From Euprymna scolopes (lineage: Eukaryota): a DNA stretch of 64,000 nt. Position 1 is the stretch's first letter, and each line of letters starts with the position of its first letter. Of this stretch, positions 13,141-24,792 are shown one piece after another. The stretch lies in NCBI GenBank assembly GCA_053919585.1, contig CM132789.1, one strand, 5' to 3'. A program made the translations under genes and the position numbers. The notes beneath the pieces were generated by a model that saw only the letters and a list, made by a program, of their open reading frames with translations, made no database searches and was not told the DNA's origin.

Positions 13141-13470
13141 CATATTTTAAATTCTGTTTAATGCTATTGCATTTTCGATTTCAATAAAATTTAAATTAAA
13201 AATAAAGAAAAAATAGTTACTAGATGTAAAAGTTAGAAACGCGCACACATTCAAAGTGGTTGAGCAATTTTATTTATACAGAGAATAAACAAGAGATCTT
13301 TCTCTGTTGACAATTGAGGCCAAAAATACTTGACCTATAACACTGAGATTGACTTTCGTCCAATTTATTAATTAGCTTCTATCCAAAAGGAAAATATGAA
13401 TCCGTTCAGTTGAATGACTTTAGAAAAAGATCAAAATGAAAAACATATCTTGTTTGATTGACAAGATGTG

Positions 13471-13642
13471 NNNNNNNNNNNNNNNNNNNNNNNNNNNNNN
13501 NNNNNNNNNNNNNNNNNNNNNNNNNNNNNNNNNNNNNNNNNNNNNNNNNNNNNNNNNNNNNNNNNNNNNNNNNNNNNNNNNNNNNNNNNNNNNNNNNNNN
13601 NNNNNNNNNNNNNNNNNNNNNNNNNNNNNNNNNNNNNNNNNN
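13471..13642. other. Assembly gap
   Basis: Run of N. Confidence 1.
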
Positions 13643-13789
13643 CTACAACCACCATAACATGATTTATATCCAATCTGTTGCTAATGTCACGAAAAAAAAA
13701 TGATTGGATGAATCCAAAGATGCCACATTTGGGAAAGTTCTGCTCAGGACACTTTTTATTCTTACTTATGACTTATTTTGGGTATAAAC

Positions 13790-14062
13790 TGTTGGTTGGT
13801 TTTTATTTTACGGCATACCAACTCTTTTCAGGTTATATAATGTTGAATCCAAAGATTTTGAAGAAAATTTTTTTAACAGAATATATTTGTTGTTTTCAAG
13901 TCGGTTTCTATTCAACCCATAGTTGGAGCCCTAACAGGTACTACCACTCCGGGTCAGAGTGGACCTGAGAGCAATGGCAACTAAAGGGTGGCTCCACACT
14001 CCCCAAAGCCCGCAAGCTGGGGCCTCACGACTGGATATAGTTTAAGGTTATATCCAGGACCT
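13790..14062 (-). mobile_element. SINE-like dispersed repeat with (AACC)n-type tail
   Basis: Minus strand has a GC-rich body (GGTCCACTCTGACCCGGAGTGGTAGTACCTGTT, also at ~38475-38500) and ends GTTGGTATGCCGTAAAATAAAAACCAACCAAC. Confidence 0.55.
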
Positions 14063-15325
14063 AAACTATTATGAAATGATATAGTAAGAGATTTAAAAAA
14101 TATATATATGTAAGCTCTTTTTATTGCTATTGATTTTGTTTATTTTTGGAATTGAAATTTGATACGTTTAAGAATCATCTTAAGCTATATAAATTTGATT
14201 AAGTTGATATTACTAATTTCCATTTAAATATTTCTTAATTTATAAGCAATATTTGAATATAAATTGCATAAAAAAATTACTAGATTTATGTTAGAAAGGA
14301 AATGCTAGAGGAAAGAAAAGAACGAACACTGAATGGGTATTGTGATTTACTGATCATTTTAAGTCGCATTCTAGTGATGCTGATATATACTTAGAGCATC
14401 TGCTGTAGGATTTCCTCTTGTGATGGATCTTAAAGGTTTCTTTATCAGATTTTACTATGGATAATTTTTTAAAGTTTCCTTCTTTCAAATAGGTTGCCAT
14501 CTTTGCTTTTTGGTTTAGTTTGTCCATTTTACAGCATATCAACTTTTTGGAGGACTATTTAATGTAGAAACACAACATGTATTGTAAATGATTCGTTATA
14601 TATGATTAATTGAATGCAAGTTGCTATTTTATCACTAGTTGAAGGATGGGATAAATTACGTGTTCAGACCGTACCCAACAGTTTTAGTACATAAATTATT
14701 ACAACATATCTGATAGGATTTGAATTCAGTGTAGCTGATCTCATAGTCTGTGGCGATATCTATTAGGCCAATTGTGTACACCCTTCCTTGTTTCATCTTC
14801 CTGTTCATCTACCTATGTCATGAGTATTTCAGGTATTTTACATCCAGTGTTTTTCTTGATCAGTGAATCTCTATTCCCTTCCTTCTAATCTATAGAATGT
14901 GATGTTTTCAATATTGAAAATATTCTCCCATTAATAAAAAACTGAGCTAAATATTTCTCATAATAGAAAGAGTGAAAAAGGAAAACCATTTATGTATTTT
15001 ACATTTTGCGTAGAAGTGTGTGTTATTTGATATCTTCTATTTTCATTTTATCACTTTGTACAAATGATATATTTAGTAAATACTAGTTGTCCCTACATAT
15101 TGCTGCTCAACTCCCCACAGTCCCCTGTTAGACACGATCCCAAATAGTACCGCCTTACGCAATGTGCCTTGTTTGGAATGAAAAAGAATAAAAAATTTAA
15201 AAAATAATTTATAGTTTTGGCGCATCATCAAAAATGATTACTTTTAATATTTTTTAAATATTTATGTTTTTATGTTATATTTTCTAAACTAAGTTAAAAA
15301 AAATGCTTTCGGTTCATAGAGTAAA

Positions 15326-15594
15326 TGTAACGTTGAGCACACAGTCGAAAAGTAGACAAAAGAACAAGAAATAACTCCAGCTCGCTTTTTAAGTTTGTAA
15401 AACGACATTTATTTCTTCGTTGTTACAGCCGTGACGTCACCCACGTGATGTAGAACATTCTCCACATCTCGCCTGAGATTTCGAATGTCATCTTGTCTCT
15501 GTTGAGATCTTTGTCTTTCTTTTCTTATAGTCCCCCTCACCGGTGACGTCACTTCTCATGCATTTACGCATCCACACATCCACGCTCTGTTAGA
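15326..15594 (-). mobile_element. Probable solo LTR (~270 bp)
   Basis: Ends TGTAACG... / ...TGTTAGA (one change from TG..CA inverted ends). The minus strand has TATAAG followed by AATAAA in U3-R-U5 order. No convincing TSD. Confidence 0.5.
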
Positions 15595-15787
15595 CTAAGA
15601 ATACAAACTCAAATTGCTTAAGAACTGATAGAACGAGAACATGCTACTCTTTTGGATTATATAAATTTGGTTCTATTTGACATTCTGTACTGATTCCTAA
15701 TTTGGACAGAAAAATTCCTGAATTCCACAAGATACATCTGAAAAAGATCAGACGTTACATTGAAATAACACTCAAAATGAGAACAGT

Positions 15788-16088
15788 TTATATTATATAC
15801 GCCATAATCATATTGACACACCGGTTCCCATCAGATCATCAAAGTTAAGCAATGTTGAACCTGGTCAATAGTAAAATGGGTGACCATTTGGGACTTTCAG
15901 GTGCTGCATGTGCTCTTTGCTTATCTCGGCATTGTTTCCAGTCAGCCTTGGCCCTCTCCTTGCCACTGGACCCAAGCAGTGCCGATTCAGGAGGTGTGGT
16001 TGGAGATTGCGCAATTCTTGCCTTACAATTACATGTATAGCTATCCTTACATGAGTGACCATTGTTTCTTGAGACTGAACAGAGGCAT
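15788..16088 (+). mobile_element. 5S rRNA-headed SINE (SINE3-like) with 10-bp TSD, inserted in the tail of an S1 element
   Basis: ~15795-15911 aligns end to end with invertebrate 5S rRNA (GCCATA...ACACCGGTTC...GATC...AAGTTAAGCAA...ATGGGTGACC...TGGGA...GGTGCTG). A ~175-bp unrelated body follows. TGAGAACAGT is duplicated at 15778-15787 and 16089-16098. Confidence 0.8.
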
Positions 16089-17189
16089 TGAGAACAGTAG
16101 CTTGAATAATCCAAATAATCTGAGCTTGTTTTTTAAGAAATGTTGAAGATGCCGTCTTCTGTGTGCAAGGGCAAAAAAGATAGTCAAATTTGATCTTGAC
16201 CCAAAATATGTGAAATCAACAGAAGATGAATAACTTTTGTAAGCAATATTCATTTACTGCATGTAAATTTAACAAAGCGTGTATAAACACATGTGAAAAT
16301 TGTAGCAGCAGCTGAAAGATAGATGGCTAGCGATGGTATTAGCAGCAGCAGCCATTTGAGCATTTATGCAAATTAGCAAGTGTGTGTGGGCTTGCATCAC
16401 AAGAAAAAGAAAAAAGGTCAGGATGTGGTTGGAGAGCAGCAAAATGCATGCTGGGAAAGATGGATGTGTAAAGTTGAAGGTGAGAAATGGCTCGCTATGG
16501 CCAGCATGAGGTCGGGAAAAAGGAAAACACTTGCGGGTGAGATGGACGTGTGACCCTGTGGTGGCAGCAAGCGACTTTTAAGCTGGTGTCAAGATGGCAG
16601 GGTTTTTTTTTAATCTCATGGAAGACAAAATAAACAGCAAAAAACAAAAAAACAAGAAGCAGGTATTGTTTGGAAAGTAACAATAATAAATGTCCTTTTG
16701 CTAAAACAGAAAAAAAAAGCCGGTTTTATTTTTGTTTGTTTGTTCCTGTGCGAAAAGTACCGAATAGCATAGAGTTTCAAAATAGGTTTGAAGTGTAATG
16801 AACATATTTCAAGAGTAACGGCCATGTTACATGAAGACAAATTGACAGTATAAAAAATGTAATATCTAAGCAAGTTATGGACAGTTGTATGTGTAAATTT
16901 CCTTTTGCTGTGCTACTACTGGTTTGTAATGGATGCATATAAGAACTAAGAAATTTATGTATACATAAATACTACTGTTGCTGCTACTACTGTTTCTTTG
17001 AACGTATTGGAAAAAAAGTCTAATATTGTCCATTTTCTCACCAGACTTGAATTTTCAGGAATAATGTAAAATTTTCTTGTGAATATAAAAAAGTGTATAT
17101 ATTTTGTGCAAATAACTGTAGATACAATGGGTATTGGTTCAAGCATCTCATAAGAATACAGAATCACAAATTCGAAGTCTGCTTGCAAC

Positions 17190-20100
17190 ATTTTTTTTTT
17201 TTTTTTTACATGGAGGTCACCACTTATCAAGGCCCGGAGGCCACTCAGGGATAAGGGTTATTGTGTGTACAGTAATCAATGAGATAGTATTGTATTAATC
17301 ATTAGTATTGGAGATTTGACAGTGTCTTACTTAAGACGGCGGTTTGTCAGGAATTTATGTTCGACTTGAAGATATCCAAGTTGTAGTCAGGTGGGAAACA
17401 GGTAAATTGAAGAGAGTTCCACAGTAGTGCACTTCTGAGAAAGAAGTTCTGCTCATTGAAGCTACGTTTGGATTTAGGCACAGATAAAGAGTGGGGAAAA
17501 TTATTAACAGTAATTTCAGCCAGACGGGTGTTTCTCGTGAAAGATTGGTGAGGGGGGACGAGAGATTGGAGCTCAGACGAGCACTTGCCATGGAAATAAC
17601 AATAAAACAAAGACAGGCTCGCAACGTCTCTTCTGTGGGAGAGAAGCTGCAGGGAAGAGAAAAGGACACCCCCCCCACTAAGCTACGAAGTCTATTTTGT
17701 ACTCTGTCAAGGCAGGATAGGCTGTTTTTAGCAGCTCCTGCCCAGATGTGGCAGCAGTACTGCATCCTTGGATGTACTTGGCTTTTATACAGATAGAGAA
17801 TTGCATTAGTAGTGAGATATCTTCTGGAGTGGTAGAAGGATCCCACCATTTTCCCAGCGTCCTTGGCAACAGACCTGATGTACATGTTCCATTTCAAGTC
17901 AGGAGTAAAGGTCAAACCCAGAAGCTTTTCAAAACATGGAGCCTCCCCAAGACGAGAGCCATCTATTTCAATTGATGCCAGATGGGGATCAGAGCGTTGA
18001 TGATGTAAAGATAGAAGCTTGGTTTTGGATGAATTAAAAGTGATCAGCCACCTCTTCCCCCACTGTACCACGCACTCCAGATCAGAAGAGAAAGAATAAG
18101 AGAGAACCTTGTCATTTACGGCCTTTGATGTGTTACCATAGATGGTCGTGTCATCAGCATAGATGTCAACAAATGATTTAAGTATGTGTTTTGGGAGATA
18201 ATTGATGTAGATCAAGAAGAGAGTTGGGCCCAGGATGGACCCCTGAGAGACTCCAGCATTAATAATGTGGGCCTCTGATTTCTGCCCATCAACCACTACT
18301 CTTATGAACCTATCGGAGAGAAATGATTTAACAATTGAGAAAACATTTCCAGTTATACCATAGCTGGAAATCTTGTGAAGTAGGTCCTTATGCCATACCT
18401 TATCGAAGACCTTTGATATGTCAAGAGCAATTGCCTTGGAAAGGAAGTCTTTGTCAAGAGATTCACTAATCCTATGAGATATAACCGTTAGCACATCTGC
18501 TGTAGATCTTGCAGAGTGGAAACCATATTGTATGTCACTAAGAAAATTGTTTCTGCTGAGGTGGTTGACTAATTCTTTATTTAATATGGATTCCAACAAC
18601 TTACTCATGGCACACAGGAGACTTATTGGTCTGTACTGAGAGACAGATGACTTATCACCTGAATTCTTAAATACAGGGCATACTGATGAGGTTTTCCAGG
18701 GTGTTGGAAAGCACTTCTCCTTAAGGCAACGTTTAAACAGTTTTGTAAGTATAGGGGCAAGTTCTGTTTGGAGCTTTTTCAACACTATAACTGGAATGCC
18801 ATCAGGGCCAGTTGCTTTACTGGAATCAAGGTTCTTGATTAACTTGGCGACCTCACGCACAGATATTTGTATGTTGTAAAGCATGTTGTCCGTTATAGGA
18901 GGAAATACGGGGAGTTGATGGCCTTCGTCACATAGGGTAGAATTAGCTGCAAAGTTCTTGTCAAATAGTCTGGCCTTGTCTGATGCTGAGGAGATGACCT
19001 CAGATCCATTGATGATGGTTGGGATAGAACGCACGCTTCTGTTCAAGATCCTGTTTGCTATTTGCCAAAACTGGTGGGAATCAAGCCACTGCTTTGCTAC
19101 TTTGGATTTAACAGACTGAGCATACAGCTCTTTTGCATTTTTTATTACTCTTTTACAGTGGTTGCTGACAGTCCGCAAAGCAGCTTTAGTCTCAGTACAT
19201 CTATTACGTTGGTAGCTATGGAAAAAGTGATTTCTGTGCGCGATGGCAGCAGCATATTCTGGGGAGAACCATGGCTGGCTGTTAGGTTTTTGTTGGAACT
19301 TTTTGGATGATATGAATCGGTCTATGCCTACAATTAAACATTCGGTCAGGTCTGATACTATAGAGGACACATCCTTTTTAAACATGGAATGTAGAGGTAA
19401 ATCTGATATGAATGTACGGAAGCTATCCAAGTCAGCCATAGAGTATCGATATACAATACGGTGGAGAGGTACGTTTGAAGACTTATTACATTTCATTTTT
19501 ATCTTAACTGCTACAACGGTGTGGTCAGAGGATCCCAGAGGAGATAGAACGGAACATGAACGTAGCTCAGGGGAAGTTGTGAGGAAAAGGTCTAGAAGGC
19601 TTTCATACTGACCGGTAGTATCAGGCACACGGGTGGGTTCGTGAACAATCTGAGTGAGGTCATAGGCAGTGGCAAAATCATGACAGAACGCACCCCCCTC
19701 ATCATCGGTTTTATTTGAGTGGGTCAGCCATTCAACATTATGAACATTGAAGTCACCGCAAATGTGAATGTTAGCCGAAAGATGAGCAGACAGGATGTGG
19801 TCAATTTTCGCAGATATGCTCTTAAAGATAGTAACCCCACTGTTGTGGGGGCCGATAGAGGGCAAATATAAATGCAGTGGTGTAAGCAAGTGCAACCCAG
19901 AAGCACATATAAGGTAAATTAGGGTCTTCTCTGGAGATATCCCTACCACATGGAAAGCCATCTTTAATGTAGGCACATATTCCATGCCCATGGCGATCTT
20001 GGGGGTTAGATTTAGATGTTAAGTTAGAGTATCCTTTAATTATGAATTCGTCTAGGGAAATGGTTGGCCCTATGCCAGTTACACTTAGAAAGAATATGTC

Positions 20101-20190
20101 CGGTTTCGTCTCCTGTAATTGTGTTTCAACCTCTGGAAGGTTGGAACGTAGATCCCTGATGTTGGAGAAGGAGACCTGGTTGTATCAAAA
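17190..20190 (-). mobile_element. Near full-length ORF2 of a CR1/L2-group LINE (subfamily A): APE endonuclease + reverse transcriptase, poly(A) tail
   Basis: 878-aa ORF 17355-19991 with APE motifs (GDFNVH, LLDLFL, SSDH) and RT motifs (KATGPDGIP, YRPISLL, QYGF, LDISKVFDKV, GVSQGSILGP, YADD). The APE N-terminus (SNIRDL, PDIFFLS) continues in another frame to ~20180. A few frameshifts; T-run at 17190-17207. Confidence 0.95.
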
Positions 20191-21319
20191 GAAACTGAGA
20201 CCAAATACATGTTTGTATAAAAAAAATATATCCAAGCGGAAAAAAAGAAAAATGAGCTAGTCAGAATTAGATATTGATGTAGCAAATTATTTGCAATCGA
20301 TAACAGACTTTAAAAATATAGGATAAGATTATATATTAGATTGGTAGAATATTTTAATGAATTTTCATTACATAACAAAAATGGTAAACTTTAAAGAAAT
20401 TTCTTTCCCAACTTTCATAAAAGAAGAATGCGTTGAGTCTGGAGAGAAGTCAAAGACTGAATATTAAAATGATGAAGGGATCAATTCAAGAAACTTGACC
20501 TTTTTTCCCTTGAGCGTCAACCTTTACACAGTAATCTGTCTACAATCGCCTCAATTATGATTTCCCTAGAGTCCTATTATTCACTCCTGCAGCAAATAAC
20601 GATTTACGCAGGTATCACCGGACACTGTTTCAGCTGATTTCGATTGAATGGGAGAAGTTTTATTTTTCTCTGTGAAATCCAGACAGCTGTTTCATCATAG
20701 TACCGCTTTTCAGTGTGGCTAGATGTAGTGAGTGTTTCAATGTAAGATTCAAAATCTGAACATTCGATTAACACTTCTTATCTCTACACTATTATGCTTG
20801 CTACAAAGTAAGATAAATTACAATGCTTTATATTATTTGCAGTCATATTACCATCTACCTGGAGAATTCAATTTTTTTACAGAGTGCAATACTTTATGCA
20901 AAATGGTAACCGCTAATTTCCTTGCTAATGAGTAGGGAGCAAATGTAATCATCGAAGACGTCTGTTTTTACCATATCACAGTTTTTCGGTATGTCTGGAC
21001 ATATTTCTTATGTATTTAGCAGCATTTCGATGACTAGTTTAACATGGCGATCCTGCTATGAAAATAAATCGCTTCAAGATGCAACAAATTACACATTTTT
21101 GCTAAGCGAAAAAACATGCTGAATGGAATAACTAGAATCTCACTTTGATGTCTTCAAAGGTTTCTTTTACAAATATGTTATTTATTTTTTTTTTTTTTCA
21201 TAATATCCTACCATTTGTTTTTCTCTTTTTAGCTTGACATTTTTGATGATCTGTTTCATTTAAATAAAATTTTTTCGCATCGTTGATTAAAGTAAAGTAG
21301 TTGGCTTGTTTAAAAAAAA

Positions 21320-21435
21320 AAAAAAAATGGTGCAAATTTTTTCAGCAAAATTTACTTAGAATAAAAATAATTTTACATTCTATCTATATTTTATGTATAT
21401 TTTGCTGAAAAAATCTGCTACATTTTTTCCAACCA
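21320..21435. repeat. Short fold-back (MITE-like) inverted repeat
   Basis: AAAATGGTGCAAATTTTTTCAGCAAAATTTAC ... GTATATTTTGCTGAAAAAATCTGCTACATTTT: ~35-bp imperfect arms. Confidence 0.6.
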
Positions 21436-21589
21436 ATTTGAATCAATTTATGTACGAGGTAATTCATAAGTAATTTTGAAATTATTAACAAAGAATTACG
21501 TTTCTGAATTTTTTAGATAATGGTTAATTATTTGTATTATTTTAATTCTTTGGATTATTGTTCTCATCTTGAGTGGTATATTTTGCAAA

Positions 21590-21930
21590 TACCCGTTGCA
21601 TAGTGGATAATGTATTTGATAAGATTCAGTTGTAAGTTAGACTCATCTGGAGGTTGAAGGTTCAATCCTCAGTGCAGTCACACTCAAAATGCAATTGAAC
21701 ATTCCTTAGATCTTCTACCCAGGTATGGTTGACGCAACAACAACATACTACCCCCTGGATTAAATAAAGAGTTCCGTTTGAAACTCTGTACAGTTTCCCC
21801 CAAGTTTGAAAGAAAGATTCCCGTGTTCGACAAGATACACCTGAAGAAAGTCGGCGGTTACATCAACTGAAACGTTGTAAAAATAACATTCAGGATAAGA
21901 ACAGTAATCTGAATAATCCAATAATGTATA
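21590..21930 (+). mobile_element. tRNA/Pol III-headed SINE-like element (family S1), best-preserved copy
   Basis: A-box-like TTGCATAGTGG, B-box GGTTCAATCC at ~21659, and CTGAAGA...GAAACGTTGTA at 21841-21879 near the 3' end. Confidence 0.7.
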
Positions 21931-22423
21931 CTCTTTACAAACGAGCAGAAGTATTGATTTTAAATCAGTTAACACTAGAAATTCTTAATTTTATGTCTGT
22001 TCTATAATAGTTATTCAAAACCAAAAGTTTTCTTTTCATTATATCTTAAACCTAGATCTTTGCAAAACTTAAGAAATAGTACCAGATTTATTTTCGTAGC
22101 TCAATTAGCCTGTTTAAAATAAGAGAATTATTTGCTTTGTGTGCTATTATCCACTAGCCAATAATAATACTAATACAGGCAAAAATGCCTTACAAATGTA
22201 TCACGTCATCTTGTGGTAAATGTAAATTAATCATAATGGCAGCAACAGAAACTAGATTTAAAAAAAAAATAGTTCTAGACTAAGTAAAAATAGACAGAAA
22301 CATAATTTGATAATAAGGCAAAAATTTATTTTCTATTAAGACAACTTAACAATCTTTATTAAATCGCCATATTGACAAGTGATCTTTTTTAGCTGCCAGG
22401 TTTGCAGTGTATTTTCTTTATGG

Positions 22424-22426
<3 letters not shown>

Positions 22427-22495
<69 letters not shown>
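22427..22495. repeat. (CT)n microsatellite
   Basis: Perfect dinucleotide run. Confidence 0.95.
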
Positions 22496-22498
<3 letters not shown>

Positions 22499-24189
22499 AG
22501 GGAGAGCACAGCACATGTCCTTAGTTTTGAATTTGGTCTTAAAAGTAACATGTGAGAACAGTTATAAAGACACAATCTCAACCTATTGAAAGGGACACCT
22601 TTTGTGTTTACCAATCATTTTTTTTTCTTTCAGTTTGTGATATAAGTATTGGGAAAATTCAAAAAAGGTTTTCATTTAGACTGGAGTTATTCCTGGAAAT
22701 TGCTTGTGCCTTTTAGTTAAAAAAAAACAAAAAACAAAAGTGAAATTTGCTTTAAAGCGTAAAAAACAATATTAATGCAAATAAATGTGGATTAAAGAGT
22801 TTTTTAATGCACATTGTAAATTTTATGTGATATAGTTAGTCATAACTTGGAGTCTTATTGTGCTGAGATGGGCAAAACAAGTAAATCGGCATGTAGATCT
22901 GTAGGTGTGTGTGTGGGGGGTATGTACCCATAAGCAGATGCCGTTCAAGCATGACCAATATCCGGTATCCCTTGCGATACCATGGATCCTGCAAACAAAT
23001 GACTTGTCACTTGTTTGCAGATTATTCGTATAAATAGAGAATGAAGTGTTGTTTGGGTGAGGCACTTGCTTCTAAAAGAAATGGCTCAGGCTCTTGGGGA
23101 AACTGCTGCTGCTGCTTCTTCTTCTAACATTCTTGCAATAAAAAAAGTCATAGAAATTAAATTTTCTTTTCTATTTACAGCGTCTTCATTATGAGTTTTA
23201 GGTAAAATATAATGTGGACGTAATTGATAAAATTGATCAGCCTTGTTAAAGAGCTTTTCGCACATATTACAAGATCTTTTCTATATTAGATGATGATATG
23301 GAAACTAATTTTAAATGATTAATATTATAATCATATTTGATTGGAAACCATTTATAAACTCAAAGACAACAAACAAATCCATGTAGTTATGGAAATTTAC
23401 TTACATGAAAAATATTAAATATTAAACAAAATCTCATATTTGTAAGAATTATTTTCAAAAGAAATCCCTGTTTACAAGATTTAACGAATAATATCAAATC
23501 AAAAATACACTCAATCTCATAACGGCATGTTTTTTTAATCCTTCATTATATTTATATTTTATCATAGATATTTTAGATTACCTGTATCTAATTGACATTG
23601 CCTAAGTGTTTAATTAATAAATTGGGAAATTTGAGGAAACTTCATGATACTTGCATGTTGGTTTCAGGAAAGGTAATTTTATTATTATTTGCCTCATTTT
23701 TGCTCTCAATTTTTTATTTTATTAACTCTTATTTAATATTGTTACATTCTTAAAATGCTATTGATGTTGGCCATTTTCTTATTTTATTAGTAGGGGTACT
23801 TACCCTTGTTTATTATTTAATTCTTAGTGTATGTCATTTTAACTGTAATCCAAAAATAATTTATGATATGAATTATTCAAAATTAGGCTAAAATATCTGC
23901 TGATTCCAAAAATGTCATTGGTTTTGCTTGGAGATTAACCATTGACAATGGATTGGATATATGACATACATGCGCATTTTCGCTTTATATATAAAATACA
24001 AATGTGAAAATATAAAAATACTATCACAGGAATAAAACATTTTTGCACCACTTTTATCTCTCCTTACAAAGACTAAAATAAATATATAATGTTACTAAAC
24101 CTTTTTTATAGAATCCTTATTCCAATTTTGATCAAAATATGATTTTGATTCTAGAAAATGTCTAAACTTTAATAGGTCTTAAGAAATTG

Positions 24190-24792
24190 TTGAAAATATA
24201 AAACATTTCGACTACCTGGGTGCAGTTTTCACAAACAGAATAGATGACGTATTGCAATGGCAAGGGCAGCAATGATTGCACTAACCAATATCTGGAAACA
24301 CGGATCCATTTCACAACACACAAAGAAATGATTCCTGCAAGCTTTGATATTCTCAATAGCAATATACAGAGCAGAATGTTAAGTCTTGAAGAAAGTTGGT
24401 AAAAGGAAAATTGCTGCTTTTGAATTACGGTGCTTCCGCAGACTTTTTTTTGTGTAAGCTGGGTAGACAACCGTACAAACGAATGGGTTCTGGAGAACAC
24501 TGCACCATGCCATAGACTGCTGGACAACATCAATAACAGGAAATTGTGATTTTTGGAACATGTGGCCAGAACAGAGGGGCTAACAAAAGATTTACTCTTT
24601 GGTATAACCCCTGGCAAAAGAGGACATGGAAGACCAAAAACAAGAATGTCAGACAACGTGAAGAACGTCACATACATTAACATGGCTGAGTTGCTCAGAA
24701 TGGTGCAGAACTGGAGTCAATGGTGACGATTCGTGAAGAGTGCCACGGCTAGTTAGTAATGACTATTCTACCAAAGAGAGGAAGAAGAAGAA
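24190..24792 (+). mobile_element. RTE-clade LINE, 3' ~600 bp with (GAA)n tail
   Basis: Frames read KHFDYLG, AAFELRCFRR, VSWVDNRTNEWVL and GKRGHGRPKTRMSDNV, typical of the RTE C-terminus; contains stops and frameshifts. Confidence 0.8.

Noticed and set aside
13431-13703. ORFs spanning N runs (also 36742-36972)
   Set aside because: Artefacts of assembly gaps.
15795-15911. Functional 5S rRNA gene
   Set aside because: Many substitutions, no oligo-T terminator, single copy, and embedded in a TSD-flanked insertion.
17491-19611. Antisense ORFs over the LINE (and over the Tc1, RTE and Naiad elements)
   Set aside because: Shadow frames of transposon coding sequence.
21594-21680. Intron-containing tRNA gene
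   Set aside because: A and B boxes are present but I cannot fold an acceptor or anticodon stem; copies are diverged and joined to a common body.
23041-23062. ATG AAG TGT TGT TTG G|gtgagg as a palmitoylated alternative first exon of the LAP gene
   Set aside because: It ends in phase 1 whereas the 48530 exon starts in phase 0, and there is no other support.
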